Of a stretch of 64,000 nucleotides of DNA, positions 11,604-24,482 are shown in pieces. Positions within the stretch are counted from its first letter, which is position 1. Every line of letters begins with the position of its first letter. The notes below the pieces were generated by a model. It saw nothing but the letters and a program-made list of their open reading frames with translations, was not told where the DNA came from and made no database searches. The stretch spans positions 27,532 to 91,531 of the forward strand of contig JAAPAO010000071.1 of assembly GCA_013115145.1 (NCBI GenBank). Reading direction: 5' to 3'. Source of the DNA: Perkinsus chesapeaki ATCC PRA-425 (Eukaryota > Protista > Perkinsozoa). The position numbers were made by a program, and so were the translations under genes.

Positions 11604-11620
11604 GGGCGCGCGCTTTTTAC
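11604..11620 (+). promoter_or_regulatory. Recurrent GGGCGCGCGCTTTTTAC motif, copy 2, in a divergent promoter
   Basis: Identical to 3507-3523; lies between the minus-strand ATG at 11523 and the ALDH ATG at 11893. Confidence 0.5.
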
Positions 11621-11892
11621 ATTGGCCGGCGGCCGGGTGGGAGAGAAAGGGAGAAGGCCTGTGATGGTTGTTACAGGAAGCTGGATATCTTTAATATCTT
11701 CACCAATATACACATTACCATTCTGAGGGTTCATTTGATATGGGAAAGTCGGTATTACAGTTACCGAATGACGCTGTGTCGAGGGAGACAGTTTTTGTGT
11801 CGGCCGCTGCTCTGCTACCAGTTTAGAGTCACAATAAGTGATGCCAGAGAGCTTATTGACAATTAGTTGATTCTAACTGCTCCGCTTTCCTA

Positions 11893-13596
11893 ATGGCATT
11901 CGTTCCCGATCCCAAGATAGCCGAAAAGTGGCCTTTCTACCTCGCAGGCAAGCCCGTCTACGCCAACGGTGATCTCAACGTCACCGACAAATACACCGGT
12001 AACGTAGTTTGCCATGTTGCCCTGGCCCATGAGGCCGATATTGACAAAGCTATCGAGAAGGCACACTCTGCCGAGAAGAAGATGGCCCAGATGCCGGCCT
12101 ATCAGCGAAAGGCAGTTCTGTTGCACTGCGTTGCCGAGTTCCGCAAGCGATTCGATGAGCTGGCATACTGCCTTTGCATCGAGGCCGGCAAGCCCATCGT
12201 CGATGCCAGAGGAGAGGTTAACCGTCTTATTGATACTTTCGAGATTGCTGCTGAGGAGTGCACTCGTATGTATGGCGAATGGTCTACCATGGAGCTGTCT
12301 GACCGCAACCGTGGCCTACAGCAGATCTACAAGCGTGTGCCTAAGGGAACTATCTCAATGATTGCACCCTTCAATTTCCCCCTCAACTTGGCCGCCCATA
12401 AGATAGCTCCCGCCATTGCAGTTGGGTAAGTAATTGCCGCTGCACTTCATGTCGAATGTGTTCTCATTAGATGCCCCTTCGTATTGAAGCCAGCCAGTGC
12501 CACTCCTCTCGGCGCCCTCATCATCGGTGAGATCCTATCCAACTGCCCTGACTTCCCCAAGGAAGCCTTCTCCATCCTACCCTGCTCTAGGAACGGTCAG
12601 TTGCCGTTGATTCGGGCGATCATTGCATTTTTGTCGACTCAGGTGCCGACTTGTTCACCACTGACGAGCGTTTCAAGCTCCTATCCTTCACAGGGAGTCC
12701 TCAAGTTGGTTGGGACATGAAGGCCAGAGTAAGCTCTCGGCTGGTAACAATTGTTAAGATCCTTCCTAGGCTGGTAAGAAGCCCGTTGTGCTCGAGCTCG
12801 GCGGCAATGCTGCGTGCGTGGTTGACTCTATTCCACAAGAGGGTCTTGACTACCTTGTCAACCGCATTGCATTCGGTGCCTACTATCAATCCGGCCAGAG
12901 TTGCATCTCAACCCAGCGCCTTTACATCAGGGATACTATTTATGATGAGGCAAGAAAGGCCTTCTATACCGCCCCAGCAGTTATAGTTTTATCAGGTGAT
13001 GGAGGCTTTGACCAAAAAGGTTAAGTCATTGAAGATGGGTGACCCCAAGTTGGAGACTACCTTCGTCGGGCCTATGATTTCCGAGAAGGAAGCCAGTCGT
13101 CTCCATGGATGGATTGAGGAGGCCAAGCAGTTGAACTGCACTGTTCTCTGCGGTGGCGGCCGTCAAGGCTGCATGGTCGAGCCCACCCTACTAGCCGACG
13201 TCCCAATCGACGCCACTGCTTGGAGGGAGGAGGCGTTCGGACCCCTTCTGTGCGCTACCAAGTTCAGTGACTTCAAGGATGTTATTGATGCCGTTAACGA
13301 TTCCAAGTAGCTTGTTACTGTCCTCGTCGATGGTTTCAGTGTCGTGTGTTCTTAGGTACGGTATCCATGCCGGTATCTTCACCACCGACATGAACCGTGC
13401 GTTCTATGCCTGGGACAACCTCGAGGTCGGCGGTGTCGTCATCAATGATGTCCCCAGTATCCGTGTGGATGCCGAGCCTTATGGTGGTGTGAAGGACTCT
13501 GGTATCGGCAAGGAAGGTGTTCGATACGCTATGGAAGATATGACCGAGATTCGCACGATGCTTATTAAGAATGTTGGCAGTGCTGATAAGATATAA
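11893..13596 (+). CDS. ALDH21: Aldehyde dehydrogenase, ALDH21-like, 6 exons
   Basis: [27 protein letters not shown]|[26 protein letters not shown]|[15 protein letters not shown] (catalytic Glu), [13 protein letters not shown] (catalytic Cys), [30 protein letters not shown]. Introns read at 12426-12470, ~12595-12643, ~12728-12769, 12950-12995 (GC-AG) and 13307-13355. Confidence 0.92.
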
Positions 13597-14219
13597 ATCT
13601 CACTAAATGAGTTCACTTATGAGTTTTGCTCGAGGTTCGTCTGCATTTGCCAGTGAACGGTGAATGTTGCTAATGTATAGCCCTTGCCGTTTCTATATTT
13701 TAACAGAGTCGAGTTGGTAGTGTAAGCGCGAAGAGGATGGACTACTCCTCCTGTTTGGGCCCGACCAATCAGGTATATAGAGCTCGGCTGATCCCCTCGC
13801 CCATTCCGTCCGGTACCCGAGTTACCATAATCTCACCGATCGTCGCTGTGGTCGGATTATGAGATACGCGGGAAAACTCAGTCTATAAAATGACCACTAA
13901 TTGACGCACGTGTTGAACATCCGACAGGTGGGGGTGATAATTGGTGTAACTTGTTCCTCCTAGTAACTCAACAAAATGAGTAACACACTCATTGGCTGAT
14001 GTTGATATGAAATGCTATGAATTAGATGCTGTATCACGGCCGGGGTAGGGGTATCCAATCATGAGTCCCAAGTCTTGTTATCGTACTTGTTACCTAATAA
14101 TAGAACTAGCAGACGCACTAGAATCAGCGCACGAGACATCGGTGGTTCGATCACCTCTCAAAGCACATCCTCGTCGAGTCCGTAGTTATGGACTGATGAG
14201 TGGTCAAGTAGAGGTGATT

Positions 14220-16433
14220 TCACAATTGAATTGAAAGCAAGACGAACAGCAATCTTATCTTACGAAATCTCACCGGGGATTGGTATCTCCGCAGTGGCAC
14301 GCTCTGGGTGATCTGCAATGGCGCCGGCCTGCTAGCCAAGCCTGTAGGTGGTGTGAAGGCGTATGTTGGCGCTTGCGGTGCTATAGGGCTGAACAAACGA
14401 TACTGCGGGAAGAGGACGGGTGGGGTCATCGTTGTGAAATTAGACTGGAGAGTCTGTGACTGAAAGGGCATACGAGTTAACATCATCACATCTTAACTGG
14501 CTTACTCGGACCGCGCGTGTTGGCGGAGTGATCCATCTACGGATAACTACATTTGATCGTTGTGATCCACCAAGACTGACCAAGAGATGCAACGTGAGAA
14601 CTATCCAGGCTTACTCAGTGTAGGCCGATTGCCTTGCCTCTTCAGCTGCCGCTTTAACAACTTGTCCGACTGGTTGTGATTTACTCTGATCTGTAGTAGT
14701 TCTACGAACATTGACTTGCCGCGCCTGCCAGAAGTCAATGGGTGGCCCTGTCGCATCACCAACTCCTCACTTCACTGTCTGATTTGTTGTCGTTCTCCGC
14801 TGCAGTATCCACATGTTTCATCTCCGGTGTACTTGGCGGTAATAGAGTTGATTGAATAGGCTTGTCGGGCTTAACAACATCACATGCTCAGAATCGTTCC
14901 CGATCTAACCCACTGAAGGTTTCTCATTCGGCACCTCCTCTTCTTCACTATCATTATGGATATCACTGTCACTGTCATCCCTATCCTCATCATTTAGTCG
15001 TACAATCCGATGCCCAGTCGCCCCAGGAGTCCTCAACATGCCCCAAGTAGTGATGGGACCTCCAGAGCCTAACGCACACTGTTAGCCAAGGCTAACAGCA
15101 GTAGCAAACCCTACTGGTTGAGCTTATTCTTCCAGCAGTTCTCTGCCTCCTTCTTGCTGGACTGAGCCAAGGCACACCACCAGTACCAGCTCCCATGTCC
15201 AAGGCATGTACTGGACGGAACATGTCACCGGGTAACTCTAGAGCAGTCGAATCTTCAGGCTCCTGAAAGTATCAGAAATGACGTTATTAACCACCCGTTT
15301 TACAATGTATTTAATAGCACTATATAGTATAAAATGGATATATAATACACCCCGGCTACTAGTGTAGTGTTTACTAATGAGTAAGGTATTGGTGTATTAA
15401 TGTGCAGTAACATAATCATACTTATGTTATACAAAGCGGTGATTATTATATAAGGTAACATCATAGAACAGTTAGATGTTGCATACCCTTTCGGCCTCAA
15501 CTTCATCGTGACATTCTTTCAAAGCATCGCCTGGGTTGACCCCGAGGCCTTCATCAGAAAGGCGGCTCTGAATAGCAAAGTGGAATACCTCATATGCGGC
15601 AAATCATATGTCACCTCTCTGAATCGTCCAGTGGTAGATTTACCCAAAGATTGGCTGAACGATAGTGGCGATGATCTGCTGGACAATCGAGTTGATAACT
15701 CCTCTGAAAGGGGGATGTGAGGAGGAGAGTATTATTGTCAATATTCACTATCACTGCTGATCACTGGTCAGACAGAGATAGTCTACCGCAAAGCATAAAA
15801 GACAGACATCTCGTGTCGCTTGAGAATGTTGGTGTATCTCATAACGGCAACCCGTACTGTCCAGAACAGACTGTGTTATTAAATCTTCACTATTAATGGG
15901 GCATTGCTTCAGTACTGATATTACGAGACTCAACGAAGCGTTGCTGTGCAGCTTAGGACTTCAGCGTGAGAAATAAACTGTAATCGAATGACCTCATCAA
16001 AAACTAAACGACCACACGACAACTTAACAGTCTATAATACCGTCGGTTAACAATGTGAAAAGTGCCAATGTCAACACCGATAAAGATACCATACCTATCA
16101 TCAGTTTCACTTCCCTCAACTTGTATCAACATACTCGATCACTTCAATGCTTTGTCTCTCTATTTCCATAATAATGTTACGTTCTAGCTTGGCGAGATCG
16201 TTTTTATCTGGTTACGCTTTACCATCAGCAACAATGCAGTGCTGACCTATCCCATAAGATTGCCGTCTTGGCCTGGCAGTAGGGAGGACAGTCTCTCTAA
16301 GTCTATTGGATGGTAACGGTGAGAAGTTCTCAAGGTCAGATTCCCTGGCATCATGCCAAGAGCTCGGCGGGCTTGTACTGAACTCAGAAGCCACTTTGCC
16401 AAATACTTCCCTTCTGTGACGTATAGCGCTCAT
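14220..16433 (-). CDS. Probable multi-exon low-complexity hypothetical protein (boundaries uncertain)
   Basis: Chain of open minus-strand segments flanked by ag/gt (SRLSDEGLGVNPGDALKECHDEVEAER|gtatg; EPEDSTALELPGDMFRPVHALD...), acidic D/E runs near 14950-15000, and ORFs 14220..14489 and 16212..16433. No recognisable domain. Confidence 0.3.
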
Positions 16434-17314
16434 TTCAGTTGTATAATAATATACACTGAAAAATATTAATATAGAGATGGTGTGATAATTTACATATATA
16501 ATAGTACAAGAGTATAATAATAATATTAGTTAGCTCTGATTGACACCTTATTAGTCTCATACTATAATTAAGTAATAAAGTCCTACTAGTCAAGAACCTG
16601 AAGCACAGTGCTTAAACGACGAAAAGCGTTTCAAAACCAAAACGAAACCGATACGCGAGACTTTCTGAACGAAGCTTCGATAACACTTCGACAAACACGT
16701 GAAAGATAAACAAACATCGTGAACGAATTAGTCCGGACTCAGGAGAAGTCGCTTCGGTCATGTCTCATGTGGACCAAGCGAGGCAAATCTCGTACGCGCA
16801 TAGATATTAAGTGCCCGCCTTTGAATTTTTGATGACTGATGCCTACAATCTGCGGTACATTGATTGGAGTTCATCCAAACTCATCGCAGCGGGTAGATTT
16901 ACAGGTTCCTCTGCGACTTAAGTTATTCGATATTGGAATAGTTTCTGTGATTCTCATATGGACAATCTCACGGCATAATGCTTGGGAATAGACTGCGGGT
17001 TTGTGGAGCTCATCGTCAATATGAATGATGACGTGATATTAAGTTTTAAGTATTTATTATTATGAGTTCGTACTGGTCATAGTTCCCCTCGTTTCACTGT
17101 ATAATAACCTTCCTGTCTTACTAGTAGCTTATTGACTATAACAACACAGTGCCATTCAGTTAAGGAACATCAATAGTAGCAATAGTACCATTATCGAATA
17201 CACCATTAACATGACTATCACTTAGTAGGGCTATTATCAGTATAAACACCCAGGCGTCTAGGTGGCGGACCAAACTTCGCTCCGCCGTATCCAAATGCAC
17301 CTTTTTGCGTCGTT

Positions 17315-18570
17315 TCATGCCCCGAAGGTTTCTTCACCGACGTCGAGAATTTCTGACACTCTTGTGTGACCTAAAACAATATGTCGTCGAATCGGGGAAA
17401 TCTGCCAAGGCACCTTTTTCGCTATGAAATTTGACTTTGCATCCAGCGCCTTCACAGACGTGTTGTAATTACGCCGTGCCAGCTCCACCATCCGTTCCCC
17501 TCGACGCGCCACGGCTTCGATATCAGCCATATGCCTTTTAGCCAGGAGACTGCCAAACGCAATTCTCCCACGGAAGACATTTTCCCACTACCGTTTGTTG
17601 ACCGCGAATTGATGCTGCCGTTTCCGTACACAATCCTCGAACTCCCTTTGCCGTAACGACTCAGCCTGCACCCGACATCTGAAATGCCCCATGCACTCCC
17701 ATCTCTGTAGCGTACGAACCCTACTGTTCCGCCCCGTCGAAGTCGCCTATCATCGCCAGGCGTTGTTCAGTCTTCATTAGATTCCTCAGCGATGAGCTCC
17801 ATGTGTGTGGTGGCGCCTCTACCTCATTGGCGTAGGCTTCTTCCAGCTCTGTGAGTTCCCGTCTGGAAGGCAATGCTACCACGGCAGGCCCTTGTTCAGG
17901 CCTACTCGTGTTGGGCAACTAAACGGTCCTTGGTAGCTGTGATTAGCTGGTCTATCCTGTGCCGCTCCTCCATGAACCTAACAACGGTAATACGCCATTT
18001 CCCGCGAGAGTGTCGACTTTGCCGAAATCAGTCTTTCAAGTCCAGTCTGATACAACTATGCTTCGGTAGAGTACATATTATATACTCTAAATAATAGTGT
18101 ATTATACAATAAACCCCAGCGTTTCATCACCATGCCCCTATTACCGTGTCTCGAACCTCTCCCTCATTGCCTGCCATGATTCCGTCAATTGTTCCTGCTT
18201 TACTGCCGCCAGGTGTTCCACACGTTTCTCTATCATCTTATCATATTCCTCCCTAGCAGTCTTCAGCCGTTCTAAATACCCCCTATTAACATTACCACTA
18301 GTCCACCTTACTCCGCAAGGCCCCTGCTTTCCTGTACCGTCCCTGTGTGGTGGCCTCAGTCATTTCCGATCCCAGTTTTATTATTTCATCTTGCTTCTGT
18401 AAAAGAGCACTATTATAGACCTCAGCGCTTAGGCTGCTCGTTGATGGAGTACCAGGATCTGTAATATTTTCATACCGTACTTTCCTCAAATCATCCTTAC
18501 CTCTGGATGGCAAAGCCTGCCTCGCTACCACAACAGGGCTTGCATATTTCCTGTCTGTTAAGGTAACCAC
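17315..18570 (-). CDS. Multi-exon coiled-coil hypothetical protein (gene probably extends beyond these limits)
   Basis: Helical E/K/R-rich exons: LLQKQDEIIKLGSEM; RRELTELEEAYANEVEAPPHTWSSSLRNLMKTEQRLAMIGDFDGAEQ; ARRGERMVELARRNYNTSVKALDAK. Confidence 0.45.
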
Positions 18571-19248
18571 CTTATTAAGAATGACTATAAGCGGTGAGTG
18601 ATAGTATTACTTCATTATCTGTCAGCCCTCCTTGAGCTGACATTGTGAGTGACGAATTCAGCTTCAGCACTTTGTTTAGTGAATATCTTGCTAGACTTGC
18701 TAAGTCTTGCATTTCCTTAACGATTCTTTTCGAGTGCGCAATCTATACTATAAAGTCTCTCAAGATTGCCCTCGCTCATCCTGGTGGGGGCGACGTGTTC
18801 CGAATGTCGTTCATCAACCATATTGCGTTAAGTTGCTTTCCTTCGGAGGAGTAGAGTTCAACTTGGGGTGGAGCAAGATGGCGCAACTAACCCAGAGCAT
18901 TACCGTGAAGCTTATTTTTGAAACCCTGTCCGATATATCGGCTCTATAGTATATCAATCTTGATACTGGGCAGCCTTCCTTTAGATCTTAACGACCTGAA
19001 GTAGAACTGTGATGCCAAGTGAGGTAACAGCGTCACGCCATGCGTCCCTTCAATAAAGCACTTAGCACTATAACCATTCCACGTCAAAGCTCATCCTTCT
19101 TTTCGAAGATAAGGGATATTTTGCTTCAAGTAACCATACATTTGTGCGACGCTTGAACCACTCACGGTGACCACTGGATTAGCTTTATCACTTGAAGTTC
19201 ACCAAAATTGCCAAGATCAAGTTGATCTTATCAGTTTTCCTGGCTCAT

Positions 19249-22200
19249 ATGGCCGCCTCACCTGCACCTATGCGTTGGGCAATCTTCATGCTAGTAGCAA
19301 CACTGGTGTATGGTCAATGGGATCAATGCAATGACCCTTTTAATGGATTTAACAAGTCTCGACAATTCGACTATTTCCCGTCAAGTGTATCTTACTTTTC
19401 CGACCACTCCACAACCATCAGGAACTACCAGTCTTATAAGTAGACGACCTCCTCACAGATTTAACGACCTTCTTTTGTAGGTATTATTCCACTCTAGAAC
19501 TCCTATCAGAACCATCAGTATGGGTTAAAGTCCTTCTCGTCCGATGTGGCACCGAGGACCCCTCTGTGCAAGACCCTGGCAGCTTCAGAGACTACATACG
19601 TGTAGCTACACCGGTGAAAGAGCTTGGACTCACGGAGACGTTGATGGTGAGAGCGGGATTGATTCCTTATGAGCGTTCTTCTAGGTTGGTCTGCTTGACA
19701 AAGGCATCGGTAAACTGGCCCGTGTGGCTGCCTATCTGAACAAGGAGGATCTTAACCTCCCGGCAGAGCCCCAGCTCATCGCCAGGCTCCCCCAGGTATA
19801 CGGTACAATGTCAACTTCGCAATATATGCCTCCAGATCCAAACCTGGCAATGCGATGCGACTCTTCCCGAGGCTGAATGTGTTAAGGAATCTGGTTGTTC
19901 CTTCATCGGTGGTAAGTGCTCTGGGGCATATGGTGGCCCTAATAACGCCACCAAGCTCAACGAACTCAATGTAACATGAACCCACTGCTCGGCTATGATT
20001 GTTTGCCTCAGTTATCTGCTATCATCGTCTCCTCCGGGTCGGTCGATGCCTATAAGGCTGTCACCCCGACCCCTGTACTGCCCTTCAGCGAGAGGTTCGA
20101 AGGTAGTCCCTTAGGGAGGCTCACATGGCTGCTGTTCATGGGCCTTCTAACTGATGCTGTAGGGCTCTCACCACTTCTACTATCACCACCTCTTGGTTCA
20201 GTATAGCGCCGCCTCCTCCCACTTTTTAAGCACTCGGTCCAGCTACATGCAAGTTGCCGCTCTTGCGGCTAGGTCAGCTTATAAGCCATCAGTGTGGATG
20301 GGTACGGCATTTCCAGGATATGATTGGTAACATATGCGGTATAGCAAATCAACGGTATCGATTTTTTCTAGGTACTTTCCCAAGCCAGATTCGTATGTAG
20401 CCAAGATGATGGATGATGCCCATGTCTACTACATGTTCTCTCCGAGTAACGCTCGTGCGCTGGCTCAACCATTGCAGACTCTGGGGCATTCCGGACAGGT
20501 AAGCAGCATGGTCTCATAGTTACTACCTTGAGTAGAGGGGAAATATGTTAATTAACTATACTATTATATAATTAATGATATTAATTATAATGATTTGTTT
20601 TATTTATCGTTACCTCGAAGAAGTTATCGGATATTAGCTCACGTGTTGTAACGTCGTCAAATTGGTGATAAAACAAGGCAGATTTCCACACAGATTGTCC
20701 GCGCTTTTTTACATACAAGAACGGTTGGAACCATTGTGCGCCTAGGTATTCGTCGGCTGCCTTTTTAAGGGGACTTTCATAATGTGAATTATCTCACCGA
20801 AGTATCTCAATAACGATTTTTCCTGAAGGATTGGAATTGGCTCTAACATCCTCTATTGACTAATGCCAGGTTAATAACACTCCAGAGGCTCTAGAAGGAC
20901 CCGGTAATACTGCGGTATATGCCCAAGGTGCCGAGTACTACCTACCCAGAGCTGGATTGACTGAAAATAAGGTAAGCCGATTAACCGGAGAGTCCTAACG
21001 CTCCTGGTAGGTTTCCGAAGTCGTTGCCCGGAATACAGCGATAGATCTTAAAACGTGGCGTGGCGTGAAGTGCAGTGGTGGGCTTATTGACTATAATAAA
21101 GGCGGCTTCCCCAACCCTGTGTTCTACGATGGCATTGTCAATCCGGACCTACTGCTCAAGGATGTGGTCTATCTTACACATCCAGATCTCAGAGGTACTG
21201 ACTGCTGCTAAGTGATGGTGGACTAGGTACGCTCTGGTGCCAGGTGCTATGGACTATGACACTGTCTATTATATGGCATACGAGCAGGACATGGCTGAGC
21301 TTCAGTGCCCAGTACCAAACCGTATTCCTGTTGTTCCACCCGAGAGCGGCAAGACTATGATTGTGTCCGTCTATAAGGTAGTGAGGGTTATCACATATAA
21401 GAAGCCTACCCTTCGAAATGTAATAGTACTGCTGCTGTTAAAGGTTAACAAGCTAACCTTATAAATGATAACTTCTACTTTGCATTCTGAAGCTTATGGC
21501 CAGGGGTATAATTTTTCACAAATCTTTTGTACTTGGTAGACATTCTGAAGGTGAGGGAGAATATGAAGTTTTAGTAAGGGAACGTGGGCAGTACCTTCGT
21601 AGAAAGTATGAGGTGTGGCGCCGCGATGCAAATGTGGTTAAGTTAGTAACTCTGCAATTGTGCTGGAGTGAGCTGGCGTCATCTTCTCGAGTACTAAGAT
21701 ATCTCTATGTTCACCTCTTTAGATCACTGGTATACGAAGGCAACTTATAGATATAGGCCTATATGAGCCCTCAGCACCGGGCAAAGTATCCCTCTATGAG
21801 GAGCTTAAGGGGAAACTGAAGGCGGAGGAGCTCAACTTGGGCTTTGCAGCAGACGCCTTCACAGGGACTGGTCGACGATTAGCTGATGATAATGCTGATT
21901 TATTCCTCAAAGTTGTTACTTTGGTAATAAACCACTGTTCTTGGGAAAGTACTCCCTCGCGTTCACCATCATTGTTCCGAGTAAACATCACAAAAAGTGT
22001 GTCTCCTATCCCCGTTCAATATATTAATTTTGCAACTCTGTCTCCTACTCGGAGCTCATTTGATGTAGGTTGCTGACAATGACGCCTCGGAGGGTTTCAA
22101 GTTCGCATCGGGTGCAGCTGCTGCCTCGATAACATCCTGGCTCAACGGTCAATCTAATGAGGGTGGCTCCCCCACTGCTCAACTTGATGGTGAACCGTTA

Positions 22201-22573
22201 GTCTACGGGAGAGGTACTCTACTACCTGTCACCACCACTAGACTACCAATTGCTCCATATTCAATTTCAGGTCCGTCTGATGGAGGCAGTGATGGTCTCT
22301 CGGCTGGTGCAATAGTTGGTATCACCCTGGGATCAGTAGTAGTATTTCTCCTACTAGTATTCCTAGCATATCTAATATATAGAAGGTAACCCTTTTCCTC
22401 CAAGAGCTAACCGTTGCAGCTCTATCAGGTATCGCAAGAGAAATGAAGAAGAGCAGCGTCTTCGTGAATGCCCTCAAGAAGCCGATGTCGAGAATCCCTC
22501 AGTAATTGGAGTGTCTAAGGCCGCCGAGGGCTCCTCCAGTCCCGCAGCATCAGCGGGACTCGTCGTACAGTGA
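19249..22573 (+). CDS. Type I membrane protein with a class III (Fe-siderophore/cobalamin) substrate-binding domain, CBA1/BtuF-like; multi-exon
   Basis: Signal peptide MAASPAPMRWAIFMLVATLVYG; DYFP...YK; LLVRCGTEDP; FSERFEGSPLGRLTWLLFMGLL (~20085-20150); PKPDSYVAKMMDDAHVYY; VFYDGIVNPDLLLKDVVYLTHPDL (~21120-21190); TM GLSAGAIVGITLGSVVVFLLLVFLAYLIY followed by RRYRKR; stop 22571-22573. Confidence 0.7.
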
Positions 22574-23389
22574 CGTTGATCGATCTGATGTTCTTGGTTT
22601 GTAGGGAAAAGTATCTTTTTTATTATTTGATGTCATCAGTTGTAGTAGTTATGTGAGTACTACTTCCAGCGAGTCTTTGGCGATTTGTGTTGCACCAGTT
22701 CAACGTATTTGACCTCAAACGTGCGGCGTCTCGTTAACATTATCGTAAGTAATGAGCTTCCTGATAATATCCTCAGAATGAGAACTCAGCTTTCAATCGA
22801 TATGATGTATTTACTCAACACACTGTGGTGTTTTTCTGACGAAAATTCTTGTGAAATTTCACAAAAAAATCTGGTGAAGGGCAGTGTTGAGCACAGTGTA
22901 TATGGATGTACTTGCTTCAGCCCCGAAGGGTTGGATGTGGGCCTGGAAAGGGATCTTCTCTTAGGTGGCGCTGATGCTTGTTTGTTATGCACATCCGAGA
23001 GGTCACCATTTCTCGAGACCGTCTCCGGTGGGGATGTTCATTTCCATACGTCACTTTGTAGCAGTGCGAGGATCGGGTGTAAGTTTGAAATAATAGGAAT
23101 TAGCGCATTAACTTGACCAGAACACGGTTCCTAAGAGCCAGATGCCGAGTTCTGCCTCTAGACAAAGGGCGCCTTTATTGAAGCGAACTTCAGATAGTGC
23201 AGCAAGTGAGTCTCTATATTATAACTATTCTGTTTTATAACAGAAAGAAGCTGTTGGCTTTTCTTGGGTGTTTCACTGTCATTACCGAATAGACTACTTG
23301 GAGAATATTTGCTACTTCCAGAAGAGATGGACTCCGTGTTACTTTTTACCATCCATAACTTCACAAGTCTCACAGTTCAAGTTTTATTC

Positions 23390-24482
23390 AGGATCATTAG
23401 CACCCGAGTCGGGACAAGCATTAGGAGGGTTAATGAAAGGACTAAAGGACCTCTTGCTTGGTCGAGAGGAGGATGCAGAGACCAAGGCTGGTCTTACTGG
23501 CTCATTACGGCATTCAGTCAGTGAAGGTGGGATCATAGGAGGAAGGATGGACAGGCCTGATCTCGATTGCAGCGCGGAAGCGGCGGAAAGACCAGGATGA
23601 GTTTGAACAGTATCGGTATATGGTGGAGGAGTTGATGAAACCTCACATGTGGACATATGGTGCATATAAAAACTATCAAGAGAAGGTCATACCATCTCGA
23701 GAGGAAGACATTTACAGGAATCTCGCAGGTGTTAGAGGCGTCAGGCGCCCACTCAATGCGAGCCAAGTTCTCGGAGGAATCGGCTGGCATTGAACACATT
23801 AAAAAAGGGATCAAAGTTTTGGCTGTAGTAATGCTGTATCCGTATAGACGAACGATGCATCACAGGCCATGAACCCGATAGAGCTGGCTTCGAATCATAG
23901 AGATGTTTTTACAGAACGGTCTCGGAAGTTAATAGCAGAGAAGGCCGGCGTGACCAAGTAGGCGTTGCAGGCCACAGTAAGCACGGTGTTGGTGCTCAGG
24001 GAGTTTGTGAATCAAGTCATTATGGAGCACGATGCTTTGCGTGGCGATAGGAAATGGTAGGTGGCTACTAGAGGTAATCTATGGGCGCTTTAGGTATATG
24101 ATAAGGAAACAATATAACATGCCAATGCCGAAGACATTCGAGGATCGAGAGTTCATGGCCAAATACGATAGACCGAGGTCACAAATGGAGCGACAACAGT
24201 TCAAGAAAATGGTCGATAAATATCAGTACCGGGCACACTGAAATGGTGGGAATTATGTAAACTACTTGCATCAGATTGTGGAATAGAACAAGATGGAGGC
24301 AACCGGTTATTACAGCTGCCTATAAGAGGCACAGGACATCTGGCTTCGATCGATGGCGAAAGGTTCCTGTTCGGTAGGCTGTGATCCGAGTTGTATGGAG
24401 TTAGTTGTTATATCTCAGATGGTTCCCGAGATGGAAGAAGAACAACAGAGGCCCGAAGCCTGTTCACATGTTACTGCGATAA
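23390..24482 (+). CDS. Multi-exon protein with an SRP54/Ffh M-domain (SPB)-like region and a basic R/W-rich tail; 5' end unresolved
   Basis: Spliced reading: GLMKGLKDLLLG...EFEQYRYMVEELMKPHMWTY...HIKKGIKVL.AMNPIELASNHRDVFTERSRKLIAEKAGVTK EFVNQVIMEHD...YMIRKQYNMPMPKTFEDREFM...RWFPRWKKNNRGPKPVHMLLR* (stop 24480-24482). Confidence 0.5.

Noticed and set aside
12426-13355. ALDH or giant adhesin as frameshifted pseudogenes
   Set aside because: The frame changes coincide with ~45-50-nt GT(GC)-AG introns that restore conserved motifs.
14141-14155. T-arm-like hairpin GGTG-GTTCGAT-CACC
   Set aside because: No cloverleaf can be built around it.
20696-20712. Fourth copy of the GCGCTTTTT promoter motif
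   Set aside because: It lies inside the CBA1-like gene in a plausible exon (IVRAFLH), and the match is only partial.
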